A program made the position numbers and the translations under genes. Under the pieces are notes generated by a model. It was not told where the DNA came from. It was given only the letters and a program-made list of their open reading frames with translations, and searched no databases. 64,000 nucleotides of DNA from Epiperipatus broadwayi (taxonomy: Eukaryota; Animalia; Onychophora): assembly GCA_028023455.1 (NCBI GenBank), contig JAQFVV010000009.1, positions 14,632,001 through 14,696,000 on the forward strand. Reading direction: 5' to 3'. This document shows, piece after piece, positions 28,135 through 42,750 of the stretch (position 1 is the first letter of the stretch; the number at the start of each line of letters is the position of its first letter).

Positions 28135-28491
28135 TAAAGGGGATTTGAATCCAGACTTTCAAACTCCCTAAGTCATCCACTCTATCCAATATAATCGACA
28201 CACATGTCCACTTAATGTGAAAATGATATATGATCTCCAATATACATATTTCATGCTAAACCAGCACTCATCAGTTAGTCCTAATTATCATCTTTCACAC
28301 ACATATATAATCAGTGCTTGGTTTAGCATGAAAGATGTATATTGAAGATCATTTATCTTTTTTTATATATGTGTGGTCATGTGAATCAGTTGTATTGGAT
28401 AGAGTGGATGATTATAGGGAGCTTAAAAATCTGGGTTCAAACCCCTTTAATTATGTCTAGGTTAAGTATATACATTATACTTGTATTTCAA
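28135..28491 (+). mobile_element. HHR fold-back family 1, copy B
   Basis: Termini AAAGGGGATTTGAA and TTCAAACCCCTTT plus a ~42-bp tail. TSD TATTTGAGA(A/T)CTAAT at 28120-28134 and 28492-28506. Confidence 0.88.
28232..28286 (-). ncRNA. type I hammerhead ribozyme, best-preserved family 1 copy
   Basis: Minus strand: GGA-CTAA-CTGATGA-GTGCT-ggttt-AGCAT-GAA-ATATGTAT-A/TTGG-AGATC. Core, stem II and proximal stem I all pair; the distal stem I is decayed. Confidence 0.75.
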
Positions 28492-29103
28492 TATTTGAGA
28501 TCTAATGATTTTTTTTTGAAAATTTAACCTTGAAAAATAATGGATGCTATTTCATTGAAATGTTGGGAAGTAATCAAAAATAACACACAGTTTAACCCCA
28601 AAACTACTTTATATATATATTGAATAAATAAATAAATTAGAATTAGACAAATTTATATTACTTTAAAAAATAAAGATAACTAAGAGTATGCATAGGGGTA
28701 TAATATCTCCATCAATCATGAAAAGTGTGTCATATTACTGTCATATTTTTGTTTTATGGATAGCGTAGATTATTTAGGAATTGTTATTTTCTAGCTAAGA
28801 ATATTATATATTCATTCACCAATTTCTTTTATCTATTAGGTTGAATTATATATGAATAGGTTGCTTAAAAAAAGGCTTAGCACCTATTATGTTAGTATCA
28901 ATTTTTTTTATTTAAACTATAAGAAGCTAATTGGTTTAATGATATAACTCTAAATACAAGATGCTAAAACAAATGGTAAACAATAAAAAATTACTATCTG
29001 TATAATTTCAAGAGTTATCATTTGGTCTTAATACCTTATGGCTTAGATAACCAATCTGCTTTTGAATAAGTAATTTAACATATTATATATACATACTGTA
29101 ACC

Positions 29104-29410
29104 CAGGAGTCCCACCCCTATGCCTTTGGGCACCATGATACCCTCAGCCCATTTTTTGTGTGCCCGCTGTTATCCAAACATGATAAAAAATTATTTATCT
29201 GATACAAATAAATTTAATTTTTAAGATTTCTTATAAATTATTGTATTATATTATAATCAAATTGTAGGGCATACTATACTTTTACAGTGTAAAAAAGTCT
29301 ATTATTAACAACATCCAACTATAAATTTACATTGAAAAAATAAATGGTGCCTGCCACCTAGCCGGTATTATAGAATGTGCTCTTAAGTGCAAAAAGGTTG
29401 GGGACCACTG
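29104..29410. mobile_element. hAT MITE (Charlie-type termini)
   Basis: TIRs CAGGAGTCCCACCCCT and AGGTTGGGGACCACTG. Perfect 8-bp TSD CTGTAACC at 29096-29103 and 29411-29418. Confidence 0.92.
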
Positions 29411-32400
29411 CTGTAACCTTATGATTGGGTTTGATGCTAGTCAAGCCCTATTTAAATGGTCAATTATATACAATTTTAAATTTTAATTGGTAATAATTAA
29501 ATAATAACTATTCAGTATTAAATAGGTATATTATATCAATGGTGTGTTATCGGGGTTTTCAAATTTTAGTATAAAAATAAGTAAATTTTAGTTAATAAAT
29601 CTCAGGAGAATGATAAAGAATTGGACTGTTCAAAAGATGTGCTTGACTCCTGCCAGATTGTGTTTGAGACTTTATATGCAGTCTGTCAGATGGACTAATT
29701 TCAATAGTATCAAAAATAATAATTTATTAATGTTATAATTAAATTAAAAGTATAGAAATATTTGGTATTTTATTATTATTAAATAATAGTCAAAAAGATT
29801 TAAAATTATAACTATTCTAAATTAATCTTTATAATTAATTCTTAAGCATATTTTTATTGCAATTCAAAATAAATTTGAACAGCTTAATTCATTATTACTT
29901 ATGCTTATATTTGGAGAATTATTAATTGTATGTTAATGTCTGCATATACAACAATTCCATTGGTTTGTTAATTTGTACAATAATTCTTACTGATGAACGT
30001 TTATAAATAGGCTAACATAGATCTTTATAGGAAAGAACAACAAGAGAGAACAAAAGAAGAACAAGGAGAATTAAATGGAAAATGTAACAACATCTGAAAA
30101 TAGCATAACTGAAAATTGTTAAAAAGTAAAATTGGATTTGAATTGAGTAAAAATGGAATTGAATTGTATTTTAACTTGCCAACTAATGAAGTAGGAACTC
30201 AATTTGACTAACATACATAAATTACATCACTTCTGTCAATTGATATTTGTAAAGGGTCACATTTAAAACTGGCAGACATATGGAAAGAAGAAAAGCCCAC
30301 CAAAATTATGAAAGTTCATAACCTTGAAATTTTATATTTATTTTGTAACTGTTTTAATTATTATATTCACTATGTGAATTATAGAAATAATTATGACTTA
30401 TTCAGAATAGTAAGAAGAAATAAAAGCAAATTGTTTTGCAATTTCAATCAAAATAAATTTTAAAATAAGCAGAATATTTAATGTCTTCCATTGCTATTTC
30501 CAAATTTATAAAGCACTCATGACATGTTTAGACTAATGTGAAATATTATACTAAAGCTAACTCCAACTGTCACAATTCTGTTATGCTATATTAATTTCAT
30601 TATGTGGAGAAAATACATTTTTTAAAAAATGTGTTATATGGCTATTAAATAAAGCAATAATAACTTATACTTACCTAATAAAATAATATAAATAAAGATA
30701 CTAAATTATAAAAATTCACAAAATATTTATAGAAATTTTTAATATGAAGTATTCCCAGCATTGCCTTTAAAAATTGCACTAGGGAAAAGCTGAAATGTGC
30801 CATCTTGCAACTTCTAGTTACAAGCAGAATTGATACATTTATAAAACTGAGTTGCAGAATCTCATTAAAAATGAATCAAATGCCAACTTAAATTTTGATA
30901 TATTAATTATTGTGTTAATCATATTGTGGATTGGATTTTTGATGTGTTAATTATTAAATATTTCCATTAGTCAATAAAGTATATGAATTACAAATACATG
31001 ATAAAAATAAAAATCAATGTTTGTCTTCAACTTCTTTTTAATTTCCAGAATAACAAAGTACTAAAGTTAACAGATGAAACAACAATTGTTTATAAATCCA
31101 GCAGTGTGCTAGAATTACAGTTTAAATTGATAAAAAATGAAATATATTCCTGTGGGAAAGAATATTTATCAATCATACCATGCTGCAGATTTTAAATGTT
31201 GCAACCAAGATTTCATTCTCTTAGTTTTACAAGAAGTAATATGAAAGCAAAAGTTTATATAATGACTTTTATTACCATTAATATTCTATGTTTTTGTCTT
31301 GTAATATTATATACATTGTTATTGCAGTACCAGTTTGTGTAAAAAATAATTAAAAAATGTGATAAATATAAATTTGATCAAATATAAATATATAAATAAA
31401 GGTAATCTTATTTGTTGTAAATTTCGTTCATATTTAAAAATATGAACACAGGTAAAAAACTATTACAGTTTATTCTTAATTTTTTTTTCTAGGATAAAAG
31501 TTACAATTGTTGAATAATAATGATAAATGGGTAGTATATAACTTTGTTTAATTTAAGTGCATTGAATATTGTATTTTTATACATAATACTGAACTAATTA
31601 AAAGCTAATGATAGCTGTAGTTATGGGTCTTTCTCTAATTGATAATAATAGTTACAAATGTTATGTGTCAAATAGTAATATATTCCATTTTTCTAGTGTC
31701 TTTACATATTCATGGTAAGTAATATTAGTATTTGATTTATCTGTATCATGTTGAATAATTATAATGATAAGTTTATAATATTTGAAATATACGGTAGATC
31801 TATGTTGCATCACATCAAGTGAATTTATTCTCTTTCCCTGAGTGATGATATAAATGACCGTGGGTGAATCCTGAATAATGACTATCAAACTCTCAGCAAA
31901 TTAAATCCATACTTTTGTAGTGTATTGATCTAGTTATTAAATAAGGGATTAACTATCCCTTCCTTTTATGCCCCCAAAGGTGCTCCAAAAGCTAGACCAG
32001 GATTACAGACCATATATATAGTCAGGAGATGACCATGGTCTAGGTTGTTAGTTTGTTCTCCTTGCCTTAGCTCAACCCACTATATCTTTGGATATATCAT
32101 ATGTTTTATTATGTTTTATATTCCTAAGTTCTAATGGTTTGGTATTGATAATAGTAGAATCATTTCTGAAATATGGTATTTGAAAATGTAGATTGTACTT
32201 AGCACTGAGCAAAATGATGATAAAAAATAATATTAGTTAAAAGTTATTTTATAGTAGATTGTTACTTAATGCCTATCCATTTGAGATGATCCTATGTATA
32301 CCATTAAGTTATGTTGTTTATCATTTAAATCCAATTTGTTTTAAAATGCTGATATTTTTTCTTAATGCTAAAGGGTCCATGTAATATTTTCTTTAATTTT

Positions 32401-35004
32401 AAAAGAGTCCTACAAGGTAAAACTATTAATTAAAGGGTAGAAAAATTATAGTTTTGACTCTTAAAGCAATGTTGGCTGTTTAATAGCCTAAATAAATGGA
32501 TTAAAGCAAGAAGTCAATAGTTTCTAGTATTATATCCTAAGTATACTTATTATGTTATACTGTGTGATAATATTGGTAGTTAATTAACCATTGAATAGAG
32601 ATTTTAAAATATATTGCCTGTGTTTATTGAAAGTGAATGAGTTCTTAGAACCATGCTATTAATAGATAGGTAAAATATGAAATGTATAGTAAGTTAAATA
32701 AGTTTTATGTGAATAATAAATTTAAATAGTAACAAATTAAAAGATAATAATTTAAAATATAAAATGCATAGTAAGCCCAATAAACTCAAAATGAGTAATA
32801 AGTTTGAATAATAATAAATTAAAAGATAATAATTTATTAAAATATTAAATAGATCCTAAGAGATCTTCCCTTAATCATAAAATGTTATAATTAAATCTTG
32901 TTATATGTAAATTTCTGTCACAATTGCCCAAGATTATGTATGTTTTCTTTACTGTTATTAGTATATTCACAAAACTTGTAAATAATGTAAATAAATTTTG
33001 TTTGAAAATATATTTAGTTGTCTGTGGCCTTATTACTAATCATTATCTATATCATTATTGCTATTGCTATCAAGATATTATTTACTGTCATAAAAATCAT
33101 CATCAGTTAATTTAAGATCTTAGATTTAAAGTACATAAAGCCTCATCATTTAGAGATTAAAACACTGTTGACCTTAAGCACATGTATTATTTTTAAATAA
33201 TGTTTTAAAGATAAAATATTTAGTTTTTAGAATAATCTGTTTATCTAAATCATCAGATGCATCTTTCACTGATCTTGATTGTATTGTCCATGGTCATTAA
33301 ATAAAAGATAGTTTGTAAATTGTTATATTTACTTTCTTAAAAATTCATTGATACTTCAGAAAGTTTAAAGTTCATATTATTGTTAATATTGGAATTGCCA
33401 AATGTTCTTTATTAATTCTATTTTGTTTTATGAGCTGCCTTTGCTTGTTATATTTAGGTAGTGGCAAAATCCTTCCCACTGACCCAAATATATTTTTTAA
33501 AATAGTGATATTTAAGTTATTTGAACCCCCAAGAAAAGTAAATTATTAATTAATAATCTCAATTTTGAATTTATCATAATTTTTCCTTCCTTAAGTTATT
33601 TATTATGCTTTGCCTCATCTTTTATGTTTATTCTTTTTGTTTAATTTATTCAGTATAATTTTAAAATGAAAGTTTTTTATCTAGTTTAAAACTTATAATC
33701 TGTTTTAATTTAGTAGTTAAATATTTTGTTTTAGTCAAGTTTAGAACCCCTTGCTTTATTTCATTATTGTCTTGTTGTTGTCTGATGCAATATTAGTTTT
33801 ATAATTCAGTATCTCATTCTTCATCATCAACTTTGTTATCATAGCTCATCCATATTTTTCTTTCTTTTCTTTTTCATTCTCATTTCATCTTAAGTCATTA
33901 TCATAATTGATTCATCTATCATTGACCCCTATTCTATCACCATCTTAATTATTCATCATGCTAACACATTTTCTTTTTCTTCACCTTATTTTTAAGTTCA
34001 TTTTCTTTATTAATTAATTATTATTTGTCTTCCATCATCCATTTAATCACTTACATCTTAATCCATTTATCATTCAACCCATGATACTAACTCCATATTC
34101 ATTTCATAGATGGATGCCTTCCTGATTATTAACCATTTAGTGGTATTGCAAATTAAATGTATCATGTAATATTTTTGCTTTAGATCTTAAAGTTAATTTA
34201 AACATTTAATATTGGAGGTTATTATACTCATGTACACTTTGTGACCTCTCCTTTTTAGATTTGCTCATGCATATGCTAGTCCAACTTCTTTCTGATATTC
34301 TATTTTGTAATTATTACTATTAGTCATAGGAGATGTAGGGCTGATATAATGTCATATAAGAATCAATAGTGCCTTATAACTTCTATTTTTGCTTACTTGT
34401 GCTTATACTAGCTAAGTCAATTTCTAATATATGTATTATTGTTATTTGGTGATGATCAAGGTTGATATAATGTAGTATGAGGATAAGAATCAATAGTACT
34501 TTGTGTCCTTCCTTAGATTTATGCTGGCCAAGTTTTACTTCTTTGAATTTGTTCATGTTCAGGCTGAGACAAGTCTGTTTTTGATATTTTATATTCATTA
34601 TTTATTGTTGATAGTTACAATACATTATAATATTTTTGATGTAATTATCTTTATACATCATAACAATCTTTTACAAATCAAGAAAAAAAATTCATTTTTT
34701 ATTTGACCCTCAAGTGTTTTTTTATTGATAAAAGAGTAATCATTGAAATATCACTGGGAGTGAACCACTATGTATGCTATGGTGTTTATGTAACATTTCA
34801 TTCCTATAAAATATCATTGATTAATCTACTACTTACATAAGATCTTGGAGATTAGATGAAAAATTCATTTTCATTGTTTTGTGGGTTTATTGATTGCAAA
34901 ATATACACATATGAAGATTATTACTTCAGAAATATTATTATGTATTGTTAGCATTATATATTAATATATGTTATTTGCTTTCAGGATTGTTAAAATTAAT
35001 AGAA

Positions 35005-38000
35005 AAATATATCACTCCTTCATCATTTTTAATTATTATTGATTCACTGCATGATAAAGATCTCTTCATGTTTAATCTAGTTGTTCTAATCCATATTACA
35101 CCAACAAATTTCTTTATTCCATTCCTCTATCTCACGAGTGGTGTCCTTAATTATCTGTGGACTCCAGTACAGCTTCAGTTGTCCATTTATTATCATTTCT
35201 TCTAATAATTTCAATCTCTTAATTTTTTCAATGATGTCAGTGATACTTGTTTGCTCTTTTCCCTAGTTCTTTTTTTTTTTCGATTTCCATCTGTCATTTT
35301 CAACATACATATCTTTATACTTTGTTGAGTGGTTTGAAGTCTTTATATTGCTCTCCTATTAGTGTTAAAGTCTCAGACTCATCGGTAAGAAAGTGATAAG
35401 ACCTATATATTAAAAAATTTTCTTCTCAAACACAGATTTATTTAACTTTTAATATTAAATTATTTCTACCAAAAGCATTTCATCTAAGCTTAATTTTAAT
35501 TAATTTTATCCATTATATTTTGATTTACATTAATAATCTTTTCAGGTATTTGTAGTTATTAATTTCTTCTAATTTATTATTATCAATCTTTATTTCTTCT
35601 TCTGAAAGAAACCATTGTGAACATTACTTGTCTTTTAATCATTAAATACTGCCAAATGCTATACTAGTAATTATAAATAAAATAGAAATTCATATAAGAT
35701 TACAACACTAACCCAAAACAAAAATAAAATTTTACTAAAATTCTTTCTCAACCATGGTTTCATCTATATCATAGTTCATGGTTGTGGAAGAATTTTAATA
35801 TAAAAAAATTTGGGGGGGATAGTATTATAATGTTGTATGAATTTTTATCATATTTTAATCATACTTTCTCTTGCAATATTTTCTGAAAGTCTTAAGCATT
35901 ATATAATTGCAGAAACACATCATCTGCATTATCTAGATTATTTAAATAATCACTATACATGTTTATTCTTTTAATTTTTTGTTTTAATTTACAAAATATT
36001 TTCTTTAAAAGTATTGTAAAAGGTTTTAGAGATATAGAATCAACCTGTTGTACACCTTTATCAATGGTTAATCTTAGTATCATTATATAATCTAATCATT
36101 ATTGTTACACTTTGATAAGTATTCTTGAAATATCCTTCAAAACTTTAATCATTGCATATACAATCAAATTCTGTTTCATAATTGGCAAACCCAAACAAGC
36201 AAATTCCATTCACAAGTGCTTTCTATAACTTCTCTCAAATACTTGGATAAGATCCACAGTGCCAATATCACTTCTTGTTCTTTTGATTGATATGAATCCA
36301 AAATTAACTATAGATTAGTTAATTCAATTATTTTGATAAAATTTTATATAGAACTGGAAAAAAACTAATAATTCTGTAGTAAAATATATCCTCTTAATTA
36401 TTTTTCTTAAATATCAATATTGCTATTTAATTCTCCTAATAATCTGATACTTTTTTTATCATTTAGACATTTGGTATATAATCTTGCCAACATTTTTTTT
36501 TATTTTTTCACCCGCTTTTCATTGATTTAATTGTTTATCTCATCTCTTCATTTAAAATGCTTGGCAATTTAGAAGATATACAAATTGTAGTAGTTAATTT
36601 GTTTTCTTGTTTCTTTATTACTAGACAATTCTTTACAAAAATATTTTTATTTTTTTATCTTATTGCTGAAATAATTTCTTGCAATATATAGATGACATTT
36701 TATACTTTTGGAAATTTTATTTTCTTTTATAACTTTTCTTGCTAATTCCTAGTTACATTTTTTTTTATATCACTATTTTATACCACTTTACAAAACTCCA
36801 GATATTCAATTTTTTTTTAAGTGAATCATTTTAGATGTTTTTGTATTTTTTTTTCTTCATACATTATCTTGTCTCAGTTGAAAATTTACTAGCAAATTGC
36901 TGCTTTTTTATATAGTGATCTTTGTTGATATTCTTATTAGAGTATCAGTTATCTTTTTATTTATCTTGGTTGAGCTTAAATCATTTTCAAAGTCTGTTAA
37001 TATTTTAAAACAATTTGCAAGATCTAATTTAAATTTATTGACATGTTTGTGAAGCTTAGAAAGATCAACCATTTATTCTATCTTTTTTTAATAATTTTCA
37101 TGTCTAAACCTGAACCTTATATCTTATTTTGTATTGAAATTTATTAAAAATATTAGTCTTTAAGTACATATAACTTTTAATAGCCTGAATCAGATAACTA
37201 ATGTGGAAGTACTGAAAAACCCCCAACAAGCTAAATGTAAACTGTCAGTAAATGTAAAATGTAACATACATATTTTCTGTTAGTCAAAATATAATCCAAT
37301 TCTGTTGTATCATTATTTGGATGTTTTCATATTCATTTTCATTTAATATTTTTTCCTCAATGAAGGAATTTATAATATTTTTTTTTACAAACTCCATAAA
37401 TCTAGGTCTTTTTTAGTTCTGTAATCAAATTTATCTACAGTGCATTAAAGTCTTCCATGGTAAATTTAAAATATTGTTTGATATGATCAAAAGCATTTTG
37501 TACATCTATACAAAAATCCTCTTTTTCTTTATCTTGATAAAAACTTGTTAAGATATAATTCTGAATTATCTTTATTTGGTATTGTCCAGTAAGTTAAATA
37601 ACTAATTTTGCTACTATGGTTGATGAACCATCAATCTTTACACTATTGCTCTCCCTCTTTCCATTTATAAAAACAAACCCCATTTCTTTTCAACTTTTCT
37701 TTTAACTTCACAATTTTCAACAGTGTTCCATTTGATATTATGAAGTTCTTCCAATTGATATAATGTGATCTGCAATTATCAATAGTTAAAAAGAAAATCA
37801 GCATAGAATGTGTAATCCAAATATACAATTATTAGATTATTGCATCCTCTACCCTTATCCATCTTGGTGAATACCTTTCTTGCATTCTGGAAATAATGAA
37901 TATACTTTATTTTTGTTTGTCATAATTGTGAATATTTGATTTTTAAAAAATCGTTTATACATATATTTATTCTATTTACAAGAAAACTCAATTGGCATTT

Positions 38001-38250
38001 CAGTTAAGTGAGAAAAAAGAACAATGGTAGTTTTTTAAACTCAAATAAAAAGCCAATAGTCTGATTGTACCAGCTAATGCATATTAATGAGCAGTCCATT
38101 TATTTTCATTTACTGTGAGAATGGTAATAATAGATGCAATAAGCAAGAGTGTATAAAATTGACATTAAGAATTTGCCTTGCTCAGTTCTCTTAAGATCTC
38201 AAAGGAAAGTGTATATGTGTATATATATACACATACTCTTTGTGCATTAT
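35005..38250 (-). mobile_element. full-length, heavily decayed RTE LINE
   Basis: APE fragment (ORF 37643-37828) and RT fragment IDKGVQQVDSISLKPF...NLDNADDV (ORF 35892-36083). The 3' end aligns to 54040-54320 and the 5' UTR (37990-38250) aligns to 51120-51380. Confidence 0.82.
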
Positions 38251-39119
38251 TTGTACATTTTTTATGAGATAATGCTCATTTTTACTAACTCTTGTGTGTG
38301 TGTATATATATGATTGATTATGTTTCAATCCTTTTTATATTTTTTGTGAACATAGTGCTTTTACAATCATATTTTTTTTATGGTCAACTTATTAGCATTA
38401 ATTTAATGAAATCAGATTATTTGGGGATTTCTACTTTTCAAAAATATTAATTTAAAACCCAGGTTAGCTATGGTCACCTGAAAAATTAAAGACTATAAAA
38501 AAAATTTCCACATTTTACCTGGACATGAACTCTAATTCATAATTATTTATAGGTAAGTAAAACCATGCATTACTGGTAGTTTATATATTCTTCATAATGA
38601 ATTCAGCATAAAAATCAAAATTAAAATGTTAAAAAATGATTTTATGAATACATTTGATTTATATAAATTTTGTTTATGTTTTCTTTTTGACATATAAATA
38701 CATACCCCAGACTAACATAGTTTTCTAAGTCTGCCTTATAGTGGCAACTATCCAAATGTTTGTTTTTAAAAGCTTAACCAAGTCCACCTTCTGAATATTT
38801 TAGAAAAAATATATTTAAAAACTAGATAAGCCATTTTTGATTAATATTGGATAAAATTAATAGCAAATTATATAACTGCTTCTGTTTCACTTCAAATTGG
38901 AGAACCTGGGCTAGAAGGTTTAATGCCATTTCTATATAAGGAAATATATCATAGCTAAATATTATGAATACTACTTAATCAAATTTGGATATTCTTTTTT
39001 ACAATCATTAAATATTGGAGACCTCAGATTAATTTTTCCTGAATTATAGATCATCTATTTCAAAGTCAAAATATATTTCATTATTAAGCAAGTCATCATA
39101 TTAAATCAATAAATGATAC

Positions 39120-40330
39120 CATCGGTTCCTATAATTTTTGATTTCAACTCATGTTAGTCTTGTGTTAAATAAGTAGCAATAGCAGATAAAATCTTTTATA
39201 TGATGTTAACTTGAACATAATTACTTTCAAGTAAAATATATATGATTGTATTATTTTACCAATGTAAATTCTAATATAATATTTAGAAATAAATAAAAGG
39301 GTTGCGAATATAATTTAATTATTACAGATTTGATTAAAAAAGCGAAGCAAAAAAAACAAAAACAAAGACATTCTGTTAACTTCATACATTTTTTGATTTT
39401 TTGATAAAACTTCATACATGTTTCTCAATAAATTATTTAAAAGTGTCTTGTACATAAACAAAAACATATTACCATCTGGCATTCATTAACAAAAACTGTA
39501 ATGATTTAAAAATAAAGTGATATAAAATTGATTATTACTGCCAAATGTAGATTAAATGTCAGGCAAAAATAAAAGCATAATCCTTTATTTTGGTATTATG
39601 ATACTTTATAATCAGTGTTAATTACGTGTAGGCAAACTACTGTCTACCTTTGGCGTAACAGTGAAATACAACATTATATGTACGAGTGTTATATAACTGC
39701 AGTTTGCTACACTTCACTAAGAGAATAAAATCACAAAAAAAGATTGAAATAAAATAATCTCATAAATTTATAAAAGGCATTTAAAATTTATTTATTTGCT
39801 GGCAAACTTATTAATGATTAACTTTAGAAGAATCGAAAAAATATTTTGGCAAATTTTATTTCTATTTTTTAAATAGCCATTTGTCATTCCACATTAGAGA
39901 ACAATGCTCATTTCTGAAGAATTATTTATTTTACTTAGGGAAACTGAAATCATCTATTTCTAGAGTGAAAATTTTGACAAAGTTGTTTTTAGATTGTAAA
40001 AAATTAGTGATTTGACAGATATACTGGATATAATACATCTGAACTATCGATTAATCGATATCATCCGTCATTCATTTGTAATTTGTGCTACTTGGAATCA
40101 GATTTTTTAATGTTAATTCTTTTTATAAAACATCATATCAATATGTGATCCAGAGAGATATCTAAATTGCAATTTAAAAATGGAAAACGATCAGAACATT
40201 ATGAAATAATTTTTCATGTTATTCTTTAAATTGCTCTAGCAAAAATCGCTTATGTAAGTAGTAAATTAATTCTTTATATTCTAGAGTTTTTTTTTCTAAA
40301 TGGAATGTCAACGTTAAAAAATGAGAATTA
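39120..40330. promoter_or_regulatory. CpG-retaining patch with DRE-like palindrome
   Basis: About 13 CpGs by eye. Perfect palindrome TATCGATTAATCGATA at 40045-40060. A + strand donor AT|GTAAGT near 40254. Confidence 0.45.
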
Positions 40331-40939
40331 CATTGACTATACTAAGTGATTGCATCATTAAAATAAAATCTGTTTGTTTGTAAGTATTATGTAAATAAAT
40401 TAGAAGAATTAATATCTACATTCATCATCATATTTTAATCAAAATTTTTGAAAGATAATATTACTTCCCTATTTCCCACTCAAATTTGACTTATAGGTAG
40501 TTCATGCAGAATATGAACCAATGAACTTTTGCATAGAGAAATAATTATTGATAAAATGTTTGTGCAAATGAATGAAAGGAATTAAAGAGAATGAAGACTA
40601 TTGGATAAAGAGTTAAATTGTATTATAAATGAGTGCTTTTCAGCATATTTTATATAACATGCAATGTATTTGCATATTTCTGCTAATATCAAAATAATTA
40701 TAGACTATTAAATTTAGATATAAGACTGCAATACCATTAACCTAACACCCTCAGTTCCAGGACCTTGCCAGATTAAATAAACATGTAGTAATAATTCAGC
40801 AATATACTTCTTACATCTCAATATAAATCTCCAGTGTTTTTAAAGCACTTTCATTGTTGAAATTAATTCTAATATTTATTTTGTGCAGAATACTTTGATT
40901 TTTTTTAATTTATTAAATATATTTAAATAACTTTTTATT

Positions 40940-41560
40940 GGTGAAATAATGCTCTATGATGCCTTTCAGTTCACAGTTGTCATGCCTTTTTATCAATCCT
41001 AAATCTTTCTGCAAATTTCTTTTTTCTATCTATTCCTTCTTTCCAATTTTTTTTTTGGATGTCCACTTTTTAGGGGTCAATTTAATATTTATTTTAGTTA
41101 TCTTTCCTGAGACATCTTTTGTACATGATCATATTATTCCAATAGTCATGTTCTGGCTTCATTTACTATAATGTGTTCAATATTTCTTTTGGATTTCTTT
41201 TTCTATTGTTTACTCTTTTTCTATTTATTTTTATAACCTTTCATTTTCTTTTTGCTCTTCCCTTTAACTTCCAAACTTTACTTCAATATATATTGATGTT
41301 TTTCACTATTATATATTTATTGTTTCTTCATTTTTTATATATTCTGATCCTATAATATCCTGTTTATCATTTCTATAGATATTTTTCTTTGTGGGAACTT
41401 ATTGCCTAGATGCTTACAATCCTCACACTTTTTAATCTATTTATTTATCTTCGAATGTTATATCTGTTGTATTTCCTAATATATTTTTTGTTTTTGTTAT
41501 AGTTGCTTTTAGGTTTTATTTCTATATTCCTCTATTAATTTTTGAGTCATATAATCAACA
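40940..41560 (-). mobile_element. decayed RTE-like LINE 3' fragment (distinct family)
   Basis: Minus strand DHVQKMSQER*LK*ILN*P..GHPKKK resembles the GHVQRM...ILNW.P.GRP.K.W C-terminal motif. Purine-rich strand bias. Confidence 0.5.
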
Positions 41561-42750
41561 TGAGCCAAAATTATTTGATCTCATTTGCATAATTTATATA
41601 AGAACATTAATAATTATTTTTAATATGCTTTCATATATTTTTATATTATAGTAATAAAAGCAATAAATAATTACTTGTTATTAGTTTCATTTTTATTTTA
41701 TTTCAAATCAAATCAGTTTATTTATATCTTTCCATGTCACTTACCAATTAAATTCAATATTTTATGTATATAAATCAATGCCAAATCTTTTATAAAAAAA
41801 AGTTAGTTTTAATATCATATTATTTAGTACCCTGTGAGGATAACACAGTAGTAGAATGATGGATTTGAGAACTAAACTCAACTATCACTTTCAGTGCTCA
41901 AATGTCACAAGATGTCAAAAAATAATAATTTGATTACATTTATATCTTATTTAGTAATTTTCTATCTTGTCTACTTAGCAATTAAATTTTAATCTTTTTT
42001 AAACAATCAACTATAGTAAATTTTTTTACAAATTAGTTGTTTCTTTTTTTAACATGCATTTAAATATGTATTTTCCTCCCCCAGCCCACTTAGCAATTAA
42101 ATTTAACTTTAAAAAAAAATAACAATAACAAATCAGTCAGCTGCTATTGCTAGGAAAAAATCAAAATCAAATTAAATAGAGCTCTTTGTTGGTCTAAATT
42201 TTAAAAAATACATGATATTTATGACAAGTAGATTCATTAGTATAGATATTTACCATACTGTGATTTTATCATCAAATGTGTGTACATACTCATTTATTTA
42301 CTGTGTTGATCCTTATTATTTAAACATATATTTTTAATATAACATAAAATTATTTAAGTAAATTGTAAATGATATCAAGATAATAAAATGTAGTGACAAG
42401 AAATATTAAATATGACTTTTGTAATTAGGCCTAAATGATAAAAATTGCAAGATTAATAAGTTCTACTAGTATTTATTACTCATGAGTGTCTTTTCTGTTT
42501 TTCTTTGCTCATTTAATTTTTTAAGATAATTTATATCAATGTTTCATATGAAAAAGCTTTTGTAGAGTTTAACACATATATAGGGGTGCATGCTGATTTA
42601 TTTAATTTTTAATAAATAGCATTAATTTATTATTTACTAAATAATTCTTAAATTAATATATATTTAGTAATGTTAATTTAAGTAAAGTCATTATAAAATA
42701 TGTTAATTAACATTAACAAAAGTATTTATTATCTTTATTTAAATATCTGA

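Noticed and set aside
31950-34700. Highly decayed minus-strand LINE
   Set aside because: Only faint motif hints (LKRRGHKVY, ASDDL, YLG) with no continuous alignment.
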